From Candidatus Latescibacterota bacterium (GTDB lineage Bacteria > Latescibacterota > UBA2968 > GCA-2709665), in the NCBI GenBank assembly GCA_965219455.1, contig OZ244744.1:4128001-4192000 (forward strand): a stretch of DNA of 64,000 nt, in the 5' to 3' direction. Below the pieces are notes generated by a model. That model made no database searches and was not told the DNA's origin. It was given only the letters and a program-made list of their open reading frames with translations. The position numbers and the translations under genes were made by a program. Positions 26,859 through 35,976 of the stretch are shown here, one piece after another (the first letter of the stretch is position 1; each line of letters begins with the position of its first letter).

Positions 26859-29261
26859 ATGTACCGGATTCGATCACGGAGGATGGTTCTCGGGCTCGCG
26901 GCATTGACCCTTATTCTGACGGGAGGTCTGCCAGCCCGCGCGCAAGAAGGAACGCCGGAATCGGACGGGGACTCAACCGCTGTCCCTGGCCCCGACTGGG
27001 AGGTGCAGCGCGCCGTGCGGGTGTACTGGCCGCAATTGGCGGGGGATCCGGCCGGCCACAATACCCGGATCGGATACGCCCGGTTGCTGAAAGCGGATTT
27101 GTCCGGCGCCAGGGAGGCGTTCCAGTCGGCCCTTTCGCAGAACGACGGATTTGCGCCAGCCCACTTCGGCATGGCGCTGGCATCCTATCGGTCGGGGACG
27201 GCGGAGGGAGAAAAAGGAAGGTTTTCCGAGCAGACGATCTACCATGCGTCCCAGGCGGCCGCGCTTTCGCCAGAGTTCGAATTGGCCCACCGGCTTCTGG
27301 GGCGGCTTTATTCCGATATCGAGGACTATGACAAGTCGGTGGATGCCTATGTGCGCTCTCTATCGGTGGAGCCGACGCGGGCGCCCGCGGTGCTCCAGGC
27401 CGTGGTCACAGCCTATATTCGGACGGGCGTTTTAGAGGACTTACCCTCGCAGACGCTGGATTCACTCGAGGTAACGAAGGACGAGGGGTTGTTGTTGCCC
27501 GTGGTCGCGCAGGCATGCGCGAGCCGAAAGGCCCTGGATCTGGCTATGCAGTACTACGGCCGGGGGTTTTCCAGGATGCCGCCCGAGGAACGCCGGTTGT
27601 ACCAGGACGTGAACCTGATCGCCTCCCGGGAGGAGCTTGTCGCCTATCGGGCGACCGCGGATGATCCGGCGGCGCGGCGAGAGTTTCTGGTGAGGTTCTG
27701 GTCGGTGAGGGACCCGGACCTGATGACGGCCGTGAACGAGCGCAAGCTGGAGCACTATCGCCGGGTGTGGTATTCCAGGACCGGATTCTCGGAAAGGGCG
27801 CACCCCTGGGACCGGCGGGGCGAGGTCTATATCCGGTACGGTACTCCGGATTTTCGGTCGACTTCGAGCAGTATGGCGCCGCCAATGCCGGTTTCCGTGG
27901 AGCGGATCAAGGAGCGTGTCGCCCACGATATCTACGGACCCCTGGGTATGGCGGAGGTGGGACGGGGACCGGTGTTCCCGATTCGCAGGATGCACGAGGT
28001 GGGCCTGGATTTCCCCGCCGAAATGCCGCCGGGATCCGACCAGGGCGAAGCGCCGGACCCCCTGGAGGTTGAGGAGGGGGCGCCCGCGCTGATCGACGAT
28101 CCGCTCGCACCGCCCGATATGTCGGCTCTGAATAGCGAAAACTATGAGGTGACCCTGTCCCCGAACCGCACGCAGGCGGCCGGTGGGGACTTCATGTCCT
28201 TCATAAGATGGGAGTCATGGGTGTATACCGGCGTTGCCGGGGGGATCGAAGTTGTGTTTACCAACGAATGGGGGGGCGGGAAGTTCGACTTTGCGCCCGT
28301 GCCCGCGGCGGCATTCGACGACGGCGCGTTGCGGCGCACCAGCCGGATGGTGAAGTACTCTCCCGCGATGGTGATGAACCGGAGCATCCGGCAAATGCCC
28401 GAGCACTATCTGCCCGGCGGCCGGGAGGCATTTCTGGATTTTTTCTACGATCGGGCGACGTTTCGAGGATCCAATGGAAAGACGCGCGTGGAGGTTTATT
28501 ACGGAATTCCACCCCGAAGTCTGCGCGAGACTGAATCTGAAGAGCAGCCCGTGTTCCAGTTGGGCTGCGCGGTGGCCCTGTTCGATACGGAAACCGGACA
28601 TACACTGCTGGACAGCGAAGAACTGGTATTGCGTACGTCGAAGGAACTCTATACGGGGAAAGGAACCTTTATTCCGAATCAGCTTGCGCTGGACGCGAGC
28701 CCGGGCACGTACGAAATGCGGGTACAGGTCAAGGACCTGCTTTCAGGCCATTCGGGCATCTACAAGGAAAGGCTCGAAGTCGAGGATTATTCCCTGGATA
28801 CGTTGAAGCTGAGCGGACTGGAACTGGGGTTTCAGGTATCTACGGAGGGCGGCCTGGAGAAATACGACAAGGGCGGCGGCGTCTGGGTGATTCCGATGAC
28901 AACCAAGACCTATCGGATGAACCAGCATCCGTTTGTATATTACGAAGCCTACGGGTTGAAGCCGGACGCGTTCGGTCAGAGCCGGTTTACGTTGCATTAT
29001 ACAATCCACTCGATGCCGGAGAAGGGCGGTACGTTCGGACGTCTCTGGGCGGGCGCGGGCGCTCTCTTCCGCAGGGGCGAACGAAACCCCGAGGTTTCGG
29101 TATCCACGGAGCAGGTGCGGGAGGAAGTGGATCTCCAGGAGTATTTCGAGATGGATCTCGGGAATGCCAAATCCGGTGTAAACCGGTTGACGGTGCGCGT
29201 TGTGGATCAGAACGGCAACGCGGAGGCGGAGAAGGAGGTCTTGTTCCGGCTGGAGCGGTAG
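26859..29261 (+). CDS. TPR + GWxTD-domain exported protein
   Basis: Signal peptide, TPRs, FWSVRDPD...NERKLEHYRRVWYS...PWDRRGEVYIRYG; C-terminal LKLSGLEL / VYYEAYGL sandwich. Confidence 0.85.
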   Translation: MYRIRSRRMVLGLAALTLILTGGLPARAQEGTPESDGDSTAVPGPDWEVQRAVRVYWPQLAGDPAGHNTRIGYARLLKADLSGAREAFQSALSQNDGFAPAHFGMALASYRSGTAEGEKGRFSEQTIYHASQAAALSPEFELAHRLLGRLYSDIEDYDKSVDAYVRSLSVEPTRAPAVLQAVVTAYIRTGVLEDLPSQTLDSLEVTKDEGLLLPVVAQACASRKALDLAMQYYGRGFSRMPPEERRLYQDVNLIASREELVAYRATADDPAARREFLVRFWSVRDPDLMTAVNERKLEHYRRVWYSRTGFSERAHPWDRRGEVYIRYGTPDFRSTSSSMAPPMPVSVERIKERVAHDIYGPLGMAEVGRGPVFPIRRMHEVGLDFPAEMPPGSDQGEAPDPLEVEEGAPALIDDPLAPPDMSALNSENYEVTLSPNRTQAAGGDFMSFIRWESWVYTGVAGGIEVVFTNEWGGGKFDFAPVPAAAFDDGALRRTSRMVKYSPAMVMNRSIRQMPEHYLPGGREAFLDFFYDRATFRGSNGKTRVEVYYGIPPRSLRETESEEQPVFQLGCAVALFDTETGHTLLDSEELVLRTSKELYTGKGTFIPNQLALDASPGTYEMRVQVKDLLSGHSGIYKERLEVEDYSLDTLKLSGLELGFQVSTEGGLEKYDKGGGVWVIPMTTKTYRMNQHPFVYYEAYGLKPDAFGQSRFTLHYTIHSMPEKGGTFGRLWAGAGALFRRGERNPEVSVSTEQVREEVDLQEYFEMDLGNAKSGVNRLTVRVVDQNGNAEAEKEVLFRLER

Positions 29262-29304
29262 TAAGGGATCGCGACCGAGGATGATGCGGCGGTTCGCCTT
29301 TGTG

Positions 29305-29382
29305 GAATCCAGGAGTCGAGAGTCAGGATTTGGAAGAAAACCCGGGTTTCCTTCCGGATTCTGATTTCCAGCTTCTGGATTC
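29305..29382 (+). repeat. 32-bp imperfect inverted repeat built from heptamer-like units
   Basis: GAATCCAGGAGTCGAGAGTCAGGATTTGGAAG ... CTTCCGGATTCTGATTTCCAGCTTCTGGATTC. Confidence 0.65.
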
Positions 29383-29401
29383 TTCTTTTGTTGGAGCGAA
29401 A

Positions 29402-30619
29402 ATGGAGAAGCTTGCAATCCATGGAGGCCCGAAGGTCCGAACCAGCCCGTTTCCCGAAAGGGCGCCGTTCGGGCAACGGGAAGAGGAACTGTTGATCGCA
29501 GCGGTACGAAGCCAGAATCTATTCGGCAAGAGCGGCAGGTTCGTAAGGGAATTCGAGGAGGCTTTTGCCGACCTCTACGGCGTCAGATACGCGCAGAGTT
29601 CCACGGGTGGATCGGCGGCCATCCACCTTGCCGTGGGGGCCGTGAACCCGGAGCCGGGCGACGAGATCATCACCGCGCCCGTTACCGATCCCGGCAGCGT
29701 GATGCCTATCCTGCAGCAGAATGCGGTGCCGGTATTTGCCGACGTGGATCCGAGGACATTGAACATGACCCCCCGGTCCATCGAAGCGGCCATTACGGAC
29801 CGGACCCGGGCGATTATCCTGGTGCATCTGTTCGGCAGGCCCTGCGACGTGGACGCGGTGGTGGATATTGCGAATAGACACAACCTGGTTCTTATCGAGG
29901 ATTGCAGCCAGGCTCATGCCACCAGATTCAAGGGTCGGTACGTCGGTACCTTCGGGCATATGGGATGTTTCAGCCTGCAGCAGTCCAAACACATGACGAC
30001 GGGCGACGGCGGGATGACCGTTACCAACGACGAGGAGACGTTTGTTCGCCTGAAACTGTTTTCGGATAAGGGTTGGGACTACCGATACATGGGAGAGCGG
30101 GACCACGGCTTCCTGGCGCCGACGTACCGCATGACAGAGATGCAGGGGGCCGTGGGCCTGGCGCAACTCGACAAGGTACGGGCCGTCGTCGAGCGCCGGA
30201 TCCACCTGGGGCGGCTGTTGTGTGAGTTGATTGCGGTTGCGCCGGGAATCGAACCCGTGCCCGGGGAGGCGGATCGGGAGGTGTCGTGGTGGAATTTCAT
30301 ATTTCACGTGACGGGTCACGATCCCGATCGGTTCTGCAAGGCGGTGTCCGCCGAGGGCGTCGGGGTAGGAGCGCACTATATTGGTGACCCGATATTCATG
30401 CGCGGGAAATATCTGACTGAGAAGATCACCTACGGAAATAGCGGATGCCCATTCACCTGCGGGGTGACGGACCGCGAGTACCACTATGGACCCGATACAA
30501 CCCCCCAGGCCGTGGCTGGTTTGCGGACGGTCGCAGTCCGAGGCATCCACGAACATATGGACGAGTCGGACATCCGGGACATCGCGTCCGCAATCAACAA
30601 AGTCGCGGCGATGCTGTAA
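29402..30619 (+). CDS. DegT/DnrJ/EryC1/StrS family PLP aminotransferase
   Basis: ATG 29402 after GGAG; LAIHGG, IEDCSQAH, FSLQQSKHMTTGDGG, YRMTEMQGAVG. Confidence 0.92.
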   Translation: MEKLAIHGGPKVRTSPFPERAPFGQREEELLIAAVRSQNLFGKSGRFVREFEEAFADLYGVRYAQSSTGGSAAIHLAVGAVNPEPGDEIITAPVTDPGSVMPILQQNAVPVFADVDPRTLNMTPRSIEAAITDRTRAIILVHLFGRPCDVDAVVDIANRHNLVLIEDCSQAHATRFKGRYVGTFGHMGCFSLQQSKHMTTGDGGMTVTNDEETFVRLKLFSDKGWDYRYMGERDHGFLAPTYRMTEMQGAVGLAQLDKVRAVVERRIHLGRLLCELIAVAPGIEPVPGEADREVSWWNFIFHVTGHDPDRFCKAVSAEGVGVGAHYIGDPIFMRGKYLTEKITYGNSGCPFTCGVTDREYHYGPDTTPQAVAGLRTVAVRGIHEHMDESDIRDIASAINKVAAML

Positions 30620-30720
30620 CGACGTCCCGTATGCACAACTCCTGTTGCTGCCTGGTATCAATTTTGGGATGTGCATGCCGTACAATATTCGGCTTCCATT
30701 TCCACCGGGTCATATATTCT

Positions 30721-30844
30721 GTAGGGGCAACCCTTGTGGTTGCCCGGTTGCAACTGGCGTTGTAACCCGCCCACGACGTCCGAGTTGTCGGTTTGCAATT
30801 TTCCCGCGATAACGAACGGGTAGGGGCAACCCTTGTGGGTGCCC
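30721..30844. repeat. Two direct GTAG-type REP elements
   Basis: GTAGGGGCAACCCTTGTGGTTGCCC (30721-30745) and GTAGGGGCAACCCTTGTGGGTGCCC (30820-30844). Confidence 0.8.
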
Positions 30845-30905
30845 GCGTGGAATGTTGCAACGCATACCGGTCAATAAGTGGCCGGCCTGCGAATGGAGGA
30901 AACGG

Positions 30906-32519
30906 ATGATTGAAGGAAAGGAAATCCTCACGCCCAGAGGCGCCGTCGCGGCCGGCCCCGCGGAAGCCGCCCGGGTGGGGGCGCGGATAATCGAGCAGGG
31001 TGGAAACGCGATGGACGCGGCGGCGGCGACCAGTATGGCCTGCTGTATGCTGCAGCCGCAGTCCACGGGCGTGATGGGGTACGTGCTGTGCGCCCTGGTG
31101 CTGGACGGGCGGTCCGGGAAGGTGTGGTCTCTGGATGCGAACTCGATCGCGCCCGCGTCGGCGAGTGAGACGATGTACTATGTGATGCCGATGCAGGACG
31201 GGCCGAAGGGAATCAACGAGAACGAATTTCTCTGTTCCGTACGGGACAACGCCAATGTGCACGGACCGCTGGCGGTGGGTCCGCCCGGAATGATGGCCGG
31301 GATGGGGGTATTGTGGGAGCGCTGGGGAAGGTTGAAGTGGTCGGAAATCGTGGCGCCGTCCCTGACGTTGCTGGAGAATGGATTTCCTTTTGGCTCCACC
31401 TCGGGCGCGATTCGGAATCTGCAAGCGGTCATTCGCCGGTTTGAAGCAACACAAGAGCATTTGATGCCGGAAGGGCGTTTGCCCGCGCCGGACGACGTCT
31501 GGCACAGGCGGGACATGGAGAAGTCGTTGACGCGTGCGTGTGAGGCGGGGTGGCGCGACTTCTACGATGGGGAGATCGGGCGGAAGATCGCGGACCACGT
31601 CAGCCTTACCGGCGGTGCGCTTACCAGGGAGGATATGGCGGGCTATATGCCGCGGGTGACCGCGCCTTACGAGACCAGTTACCGCGATGCGACCGTCTAT
31701 GCGGCGATATTGCCGAACGGAGGGCTGACGGCCCTCCAGGTTCTGAATATGCTGGAATGCTTCGAGCCCGTTCCGGGCAATACGGTAACGTACTGGCACC
31801 GGCTGGCCGAAGTGTTGAAATTGGCCTGGCGCGATCGGCTGCTGTATCTGGGAGATCCGGATCACGTGGAGGTTCCGGTCGAACGGCTGTTGAGCAAGGA
31901 CTACGCGGCAGGTCGCGTGGAGTCGGTTCGGCAGTCTCCCGGTCTCGTAGATCGGCGGTCCCCGAGGCCCGAAGGGGATTCGAGGGCTGGGACGCTCCAT
32001 GTTTCGGCGGCGGACGTGGAAGGCAACGTGGCGTCCGTGACGATATCGCAGGGCGGCGCATTCGGGTCCCTGGTCACGGTGCCCGGTACGGGGTTGATTC
32101 TGGGGCACGGAATGTGCCGGCTGGATCCGCGGCCCGGACGCAAGAATTCAGTGGCGCCGGGAAAACGGCCGCTGAACAATACGGCCCCGCTGATGATTCG
32201 CCTTCCGGACCGCGACGTCGCGGCGGGGTTGCCCGGAGGGCGCCGGCTTGTGAGTGTGAATGCGCGGATCGCGCAGAAAATCGTGGATTTCGGCGCAACT
32301 TCCTGGGAGGCGGTGTCCGGCCCCCGGATGCACGTCCAGATGGAGGAGCCCCTGATGGTAACGAGGTCGCTGGACGAGGCCATTCAAGATGGGCTGCTTG
32401 AGATGGGGCACGAATTGGACGTGGTTGGTGGCGTTGCGGGAGGCGCGCATTGTGCGGAATATCTAAAGCTGGAGGGGAAAGTGCGGGCGGGCGGGAACAC
32501 GTGGACGGCTGGCGTTTAG
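30906..32519 (+). CDS. Gamma-glutamyltransferase family Ntn hydrolase (cytoplasmic)
   Basis: GGAGGA RBS; GGNAMDAA; nucleophile context GTLHVSAAD; PGKRP; GLPGGRR. Confidence 0.9.
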   Translation: MIEGKEILTPRGAVAAGPAEAARVGARIIEQGGNAMDAAAATSMACCMLQPQSTGVMGYVLCALVLDGRSGKVWSLDANSIAPASASETMYYVMPMQDGPKGINENEFLCSVRDNANVHGPLAVGPPGMMAGMGVLWERWGRLKWSEIVAPSLTLLENGFPFGSTSGAIRNLQAVIRRFEATQEHLMPEGRLPAPDDVWHRRDMEKSLTRACEAGWRDFYDGEIGRKIADHVSLTGGALTREDMAGYMPRVTAPYETSYRDATVYAAILPNGGLTALQVLNMLECFEPVPGNTVTYWHRLAEVLKLAWRDRLLYLGDPDHVEVPVERLLSKDYAAGRVESVRQSPGLVDRRSPRPEGDSRAGTLHVSAADVEGNVASVTISQGGAFGSLVTVPGTGLILGHGMCRLDPRPGRKNSVAPGKRPLNNTAPLMIRLPDRDVAAGLPGGRRLVSVNARIAQKIVDFGATSWEAVSGPRMHVQMEEPLMVTRSLDEAIQDGLLEMGHELDVVGGVAGGAHCAEYLKLEGKVRAGGNTWTAGV

Positions 32520-32682
32520 ACAGGTCGTGTTCGGGTAGGTGGAGATGACACCCTGTCGGTCGGCGTTGCTGGGGCTGGCTGCAAGTCTTATATTTGTGGT
32601 GAGCTGGTTCTGGCGAGCGGGGATGGACCCCGGGATGGCGTGTTCGCCCACGTGGGAACGTAAAAACGGAAGGAAGCGCGTT

Positions 32683-34650
32683 GTGGCCCAGGCGTCAGAG
32701 GTTGTCCCGACCACAGACTCCGTGTCGCAGATTGACCGGCAGGGGGTAACGCTACGCAGCGTTTTTTTGGCCGGTGGATTGGCGGTCGGGGTGAACCTCG
32801 TGGTGAACTACGTGGAGTACGTTGTCCATGCGTCGCGATTGACGTTGAGTCATTTTCCAATGGGTACTCTGTTGCTCTACCTCCTGCTTGCCCTGGGGCT
32901 GAATCCGCTGTGCCGGTTACTCGCGCGTCGATATGCTTTATCGTCAACAGAACTGCTGGTTGTGCTGGCGGGAGGTCTCGTCGGAGGCGCCATTCCTTCG
33001 GTGGGTCTCACGGGGTATTTTCTGGGGGCGATCGCCGCCCCGTTTTATTTTGCGACGCCGGAGAATCAGTGGGGAGAGTTCTTCCATCCCTATATTCCGC
33101 ACTGGCTGGCCCCCAGAAACACAAACGGCACGCTGAATCACCTGTTCGAAGGATTGCCGCCCGGCGGCTCGATTCCCTGGAGCGTCTGGTTCGTGCCGGT
33201 TGTCTGCTGGATGGGGTTGATTGCTGCACTTTTTTTTGGTTCCGTCTGCCTCGCGGTGATTCTGCGCAAGCAGTGGGTGGAAAGCGAACGCCTGTCTTTT
33301 CCGATTCTGCGACCGGTCACGGAGTTAACGGAACGTACGGAGACGTCGGATTTCCCCAGGCTTTTCTGGATTGGTTTTGCAGTCGCGTTCGGCATTCTGG
33401 CCTGGAATATGATCAACTACTTCGTTCCCGGCTTTCCGCAGATTCCGAATATCCGATGGGGTCCATGGATCAGGTTCGAACGGTATTTTCCGGGTCTGTG
33501 GACGCGGATCAATATGTTTACCATTTCCTTCTGTTATTTTGCCAATATCGACGCTCTGTTCAGCCTCTGGTTTTTCGATCTGTTGTTCATCATTCGCAGT
33601 GGAATTCTGAACCGGCTGGGATACAATGCCAGTTCGTGGTCCCATGCCTCGGGTGATTACCAATGGCTTCCTCTGGGCGCGTTTTTCGCGATGGTGGGAT
33701 GGGGATTCTGGACGTCGCGGAACCACCTGAGGCTGGTTTTCATGAAGGCATTTGGGAGATCCGCCCCGCTGGATGAGAAGGATGAGATGATGTCTTTCAG
33801 GACGGCGGTGTTCGGGCTGATTGTGAGCCTGTTGTTCGCCGTTTTCTGGTGGTGGCAGGCGGGGATGAGTCTTGGCCCTGCATGTGCCTTCGTTCCGGCC
33901 GCGTTCATCCTCTATGTAGGCGTTTCGCGCATCGTATCCGACCTGGGGCTGGTGTTCATCAGCATGCCGGTCGGGCCGCAACGGTTTGTCACGTCGTTGT
34001 TCGGATCGCGGAATCTGTCTGGATCCAGCCTTACCACGCTGGCATTCACGAACGGCATCGCGTCCTACGGGAAGGGTTTGTTCATGCCGTCGGTAATCCA
34101 CGGCACTAAATTGGCGGATGTTTGCCCCCGAGACGGGCGGCGGCGTGTGCTGGCTGCTCTACTGCTGGCCTTCGGTTTGGGGTGTATATTCTCGGTTGTG
34201 TTTACGTTGTATTTGGGATATACGTACGGGGCCTATAATTTCAACGATTGGCCGTTCACGAGGTACAGCAAATCCGGTTTTGGACGTGTGCTGACCCAGA
34301 TGAACAACCCGGAGCCGCCCCATCGTTTGCAGCTGAGCCTGTTTGGTATCGGTGCGGCGGTGATGTCGTTGTTGACGTTTCTGAAGTACCGGTTTCCGTG
34401 GTGGCCATTCCACCCCGTTGGATTCGCGCTGGCCGGTACGGGGACGTCCGTGCGGTATACCGTGTTTTCGGTCTTTCTGGCCTGGGCTATCAAGTTTCTG
34501 ATATTGCGAATCGGCGGGGCGGCGCTCTACCGCCGTTACGTGCCTTTTTTCCTGGGTGTGCTCGTGGGCTATTCCATGGGCGTGGGTGTTTCGCTGATTG
34601 TGGATATGATCTGGTTTCCGGGTGGCGGGCATTCGATCCACGGGTATTGA
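32683..34650 (+). CDS. DUF6785/DUF6784-type multi-pass membrane protein (putative transporter)
   Basis: GTG 32683 after GGAAGGAAG; PFYFATPENQW, RKQWVESERLSFP, WWPFHPVGF, YRRYVPFFLG; many TM helices. Confidence 0.75.
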   Translation: MAQASEVVPTTDSVSQIDRQGVTLRSVFLAGGLAVGVNLVVNYVEYVVHASRLTLSHFPMGTLLLYLLLALGLNPLCRLLARRYALSSTELLVVLAGGLVGGAIPSVGLTGYFLGAIAAPFYFATPENQWGEFFHPYIPHWLAPRNTNGTLNHLFEGLPPGGSIPWSVWFVPVVCWMGLIAALFFGSVCLAVILRKQWVESERLSFPILRPVTELTERTETSDFPRLFWIGFAVAFGILAWNMINYFVPGFPQIPNIRWGPWIRFERYFPGLWTRINMFTISFCYFANIDALFSLWFFDLLFIIRSGILNRLGYNASSWSHASGDYQWLPLGAFFAMVGWGFWTSRNHLRLVFMKAFGRSAPLDEKDEMMSFRTAVFGLIVSLLFAVFWWWQAGMSLGPACAFVPAAFILYVGVSRIVSDLGLVFISMPVGPQRFVTSLFGSRNLSGSSLTTLAFTNGIASYGKGLFMPSVIHGTKLADVCPRDGRRRVLAALLLAFGLGCIFSVVFTLYLGYTYGAYNFNDWPFTRYSKSGFGRVLTQMNNPEPPHRLQLSLFGIGAAVMSLLTFLKYRFPWWPFHPVGFALAGTGTSVRYTVFSVFLAWAIKFLILRIGGAALYRRYVPFFLGVLVGYSMGVGVSLIVDMIWFPGGGHSIHGY

Positions 34651-34731
34651 CCCGCGGCGTGCGGGCACATCGAGTAGCCCGAATATTCTGTCGTCCGACG
34701 CGCGTGGAAAGGTTCGTTCGGGAGGTAAATC

Positions 34732-35958
34732 ATGGCAACGATGGTTGAGCGGTCGGTTGCCCGATCGTGGGAGCTTTACGACATGGCACAGGCGGTTATC
34801 CCGCTGGGTACGCAGACCCATTCCAAGGCGCCGAGGGAGGCGCTGCGCGGCGTGGAGCCGTGTTACCTGGTTCGAGGTGACGGATGCCGGGTGTGGGATG
34901 CCGATGGCAACGAATATATCGATTTCAGGAATGGGCTGGGTCCCATAACCCTGGGGTACCGTTTTTCGGCGGTGGATGATGCCGTCAGGGCGCAACTGGA
35001 AAGTGGCATCGTGTTCAGCTATCCCCACCCCCTGGAGGTCGAGGTCGCACAGCGGCTGGTCGACGTGTTGCCGTGCGCCCAGCGGGTTCGATTTCTGAAG
35101 ACAGGCGGCGAGGCGATGGCGGCCGCGCATCGGCTTTCGAGGGCGTTTACGGAACGGGAACTCGTCCTGACCTGCGGGTATCATGGTTGGGTCAACACGA
35201 TGGCTCGTGGCGGCGTGCCGGAGGCGACACGGAAAACCTATAAGGCGTTGCCGTGGGGTAACATAGAGCCGTATGCAGCGGCGTTCGAAGCTGCACCGGG
35301 TGAGATTGCGGCCGTAAGCGCGGCTTGCGCATATGCGGGAATTGAACAGGGGCGTTCTTTTCTGAGGGAATTGCGTACGTTGACGGAGAAGCACGGGGCA
35401 GTCCTCATTTTCGATGAAATCGTTACAGGGTTCCGCCTGCGTCGCGCCGGGGCGCAGGAGTATTTCGGCGTGATTCCCGACCTGGCGGTGTTTGCCAAGG
35501 GACTGTCGAATGGAGTGCCGCTTTCCTGTTTTGTGGGGAATGCGGCGGTGATGGAGACGGTGAAGGATTGCGTCGTGTCGTCCACCTTTGGAGGGGACAC
35601 GCTCGGGCTGGCCGCGGCACGGGCCGTGCTGGACGTGTATGAACGGGAGGACGTGATCGGCACGCTGTGGAAGCGGGGTAAACAGCTTCACGAAGGCTTC
35701 AATGCGCACAGTGAGAGATTGGGCCTGCCGGCGCGCTTCGTGGGGGCGTCTCCCGTCGGGCAACTGGTATTCGATCATCCGGACGCGGCCCGGCTGTTTC
35801 TCAGGTTCAACGAGGAAGTGCTGAAGCGGGGGATCATCGTCTATTCGGTCTGCTATACCAATTTCTCGCACACCGAGGCGGATATTGACGAGGCCGTCCG
35901 TGCGATGGGCGAGGCGTTGGAAGTGATCGCAAATGAGGGGTTGTTTGAAGGGGGATAA
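34732..35958 (+). CDS. Class III PLP aminotransferase (GSA-aminomutase-like)
   Basis: WDADGNEYID, KTGGEA, GYHGW, FDEIVTGFR, FAKGLSNG, SSTFGG. Confidence 0.92.
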   Translation: MATMVERSVARSWELYDMAQAVIPLGTQTHSKAPREALRGVEPCYLVRGDGCRVWDADGNEYIDFRNGLGPITLGYRFSAVDDAVRAQLESGIVFSYPHPLEVEVAQRLVDVLPCAQRVRFLKTGGEAMAAAHRLSRAFTERELVLTCGYHGWVNTMARGGVPEATRKTYKALPWGNIEPYAAAFEAAPGEIAAVSAACAYAGIEQGRSFLRELRTLTEKHGAVLIFDEIVTGFRLRRAGAQEYFGVIPDLAVFAKGLSNGVPLSCFVGNAAVMETVKDCVVSSTFGGDTLGLAAARAVLDVYEREDVIGTLWKRGKQLHEGFNAHSERLGLPARFVGASPVGQLVFDHPDAARLFLRFNEEVLKRGIIVYSVCYTNFSHTEADIDEAVRAMGEALEVIANEGLFEGG

Positions 35959-35976
35959 CTTTCTTATCTTATTAGT

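Noticed and set aside
34732-35958. Calling the class III aminotransferase hemL
   Set aside because: The N-terminal motif differs (GTQTHSK rather than GVNSPVR) and there are no heme genes nearby
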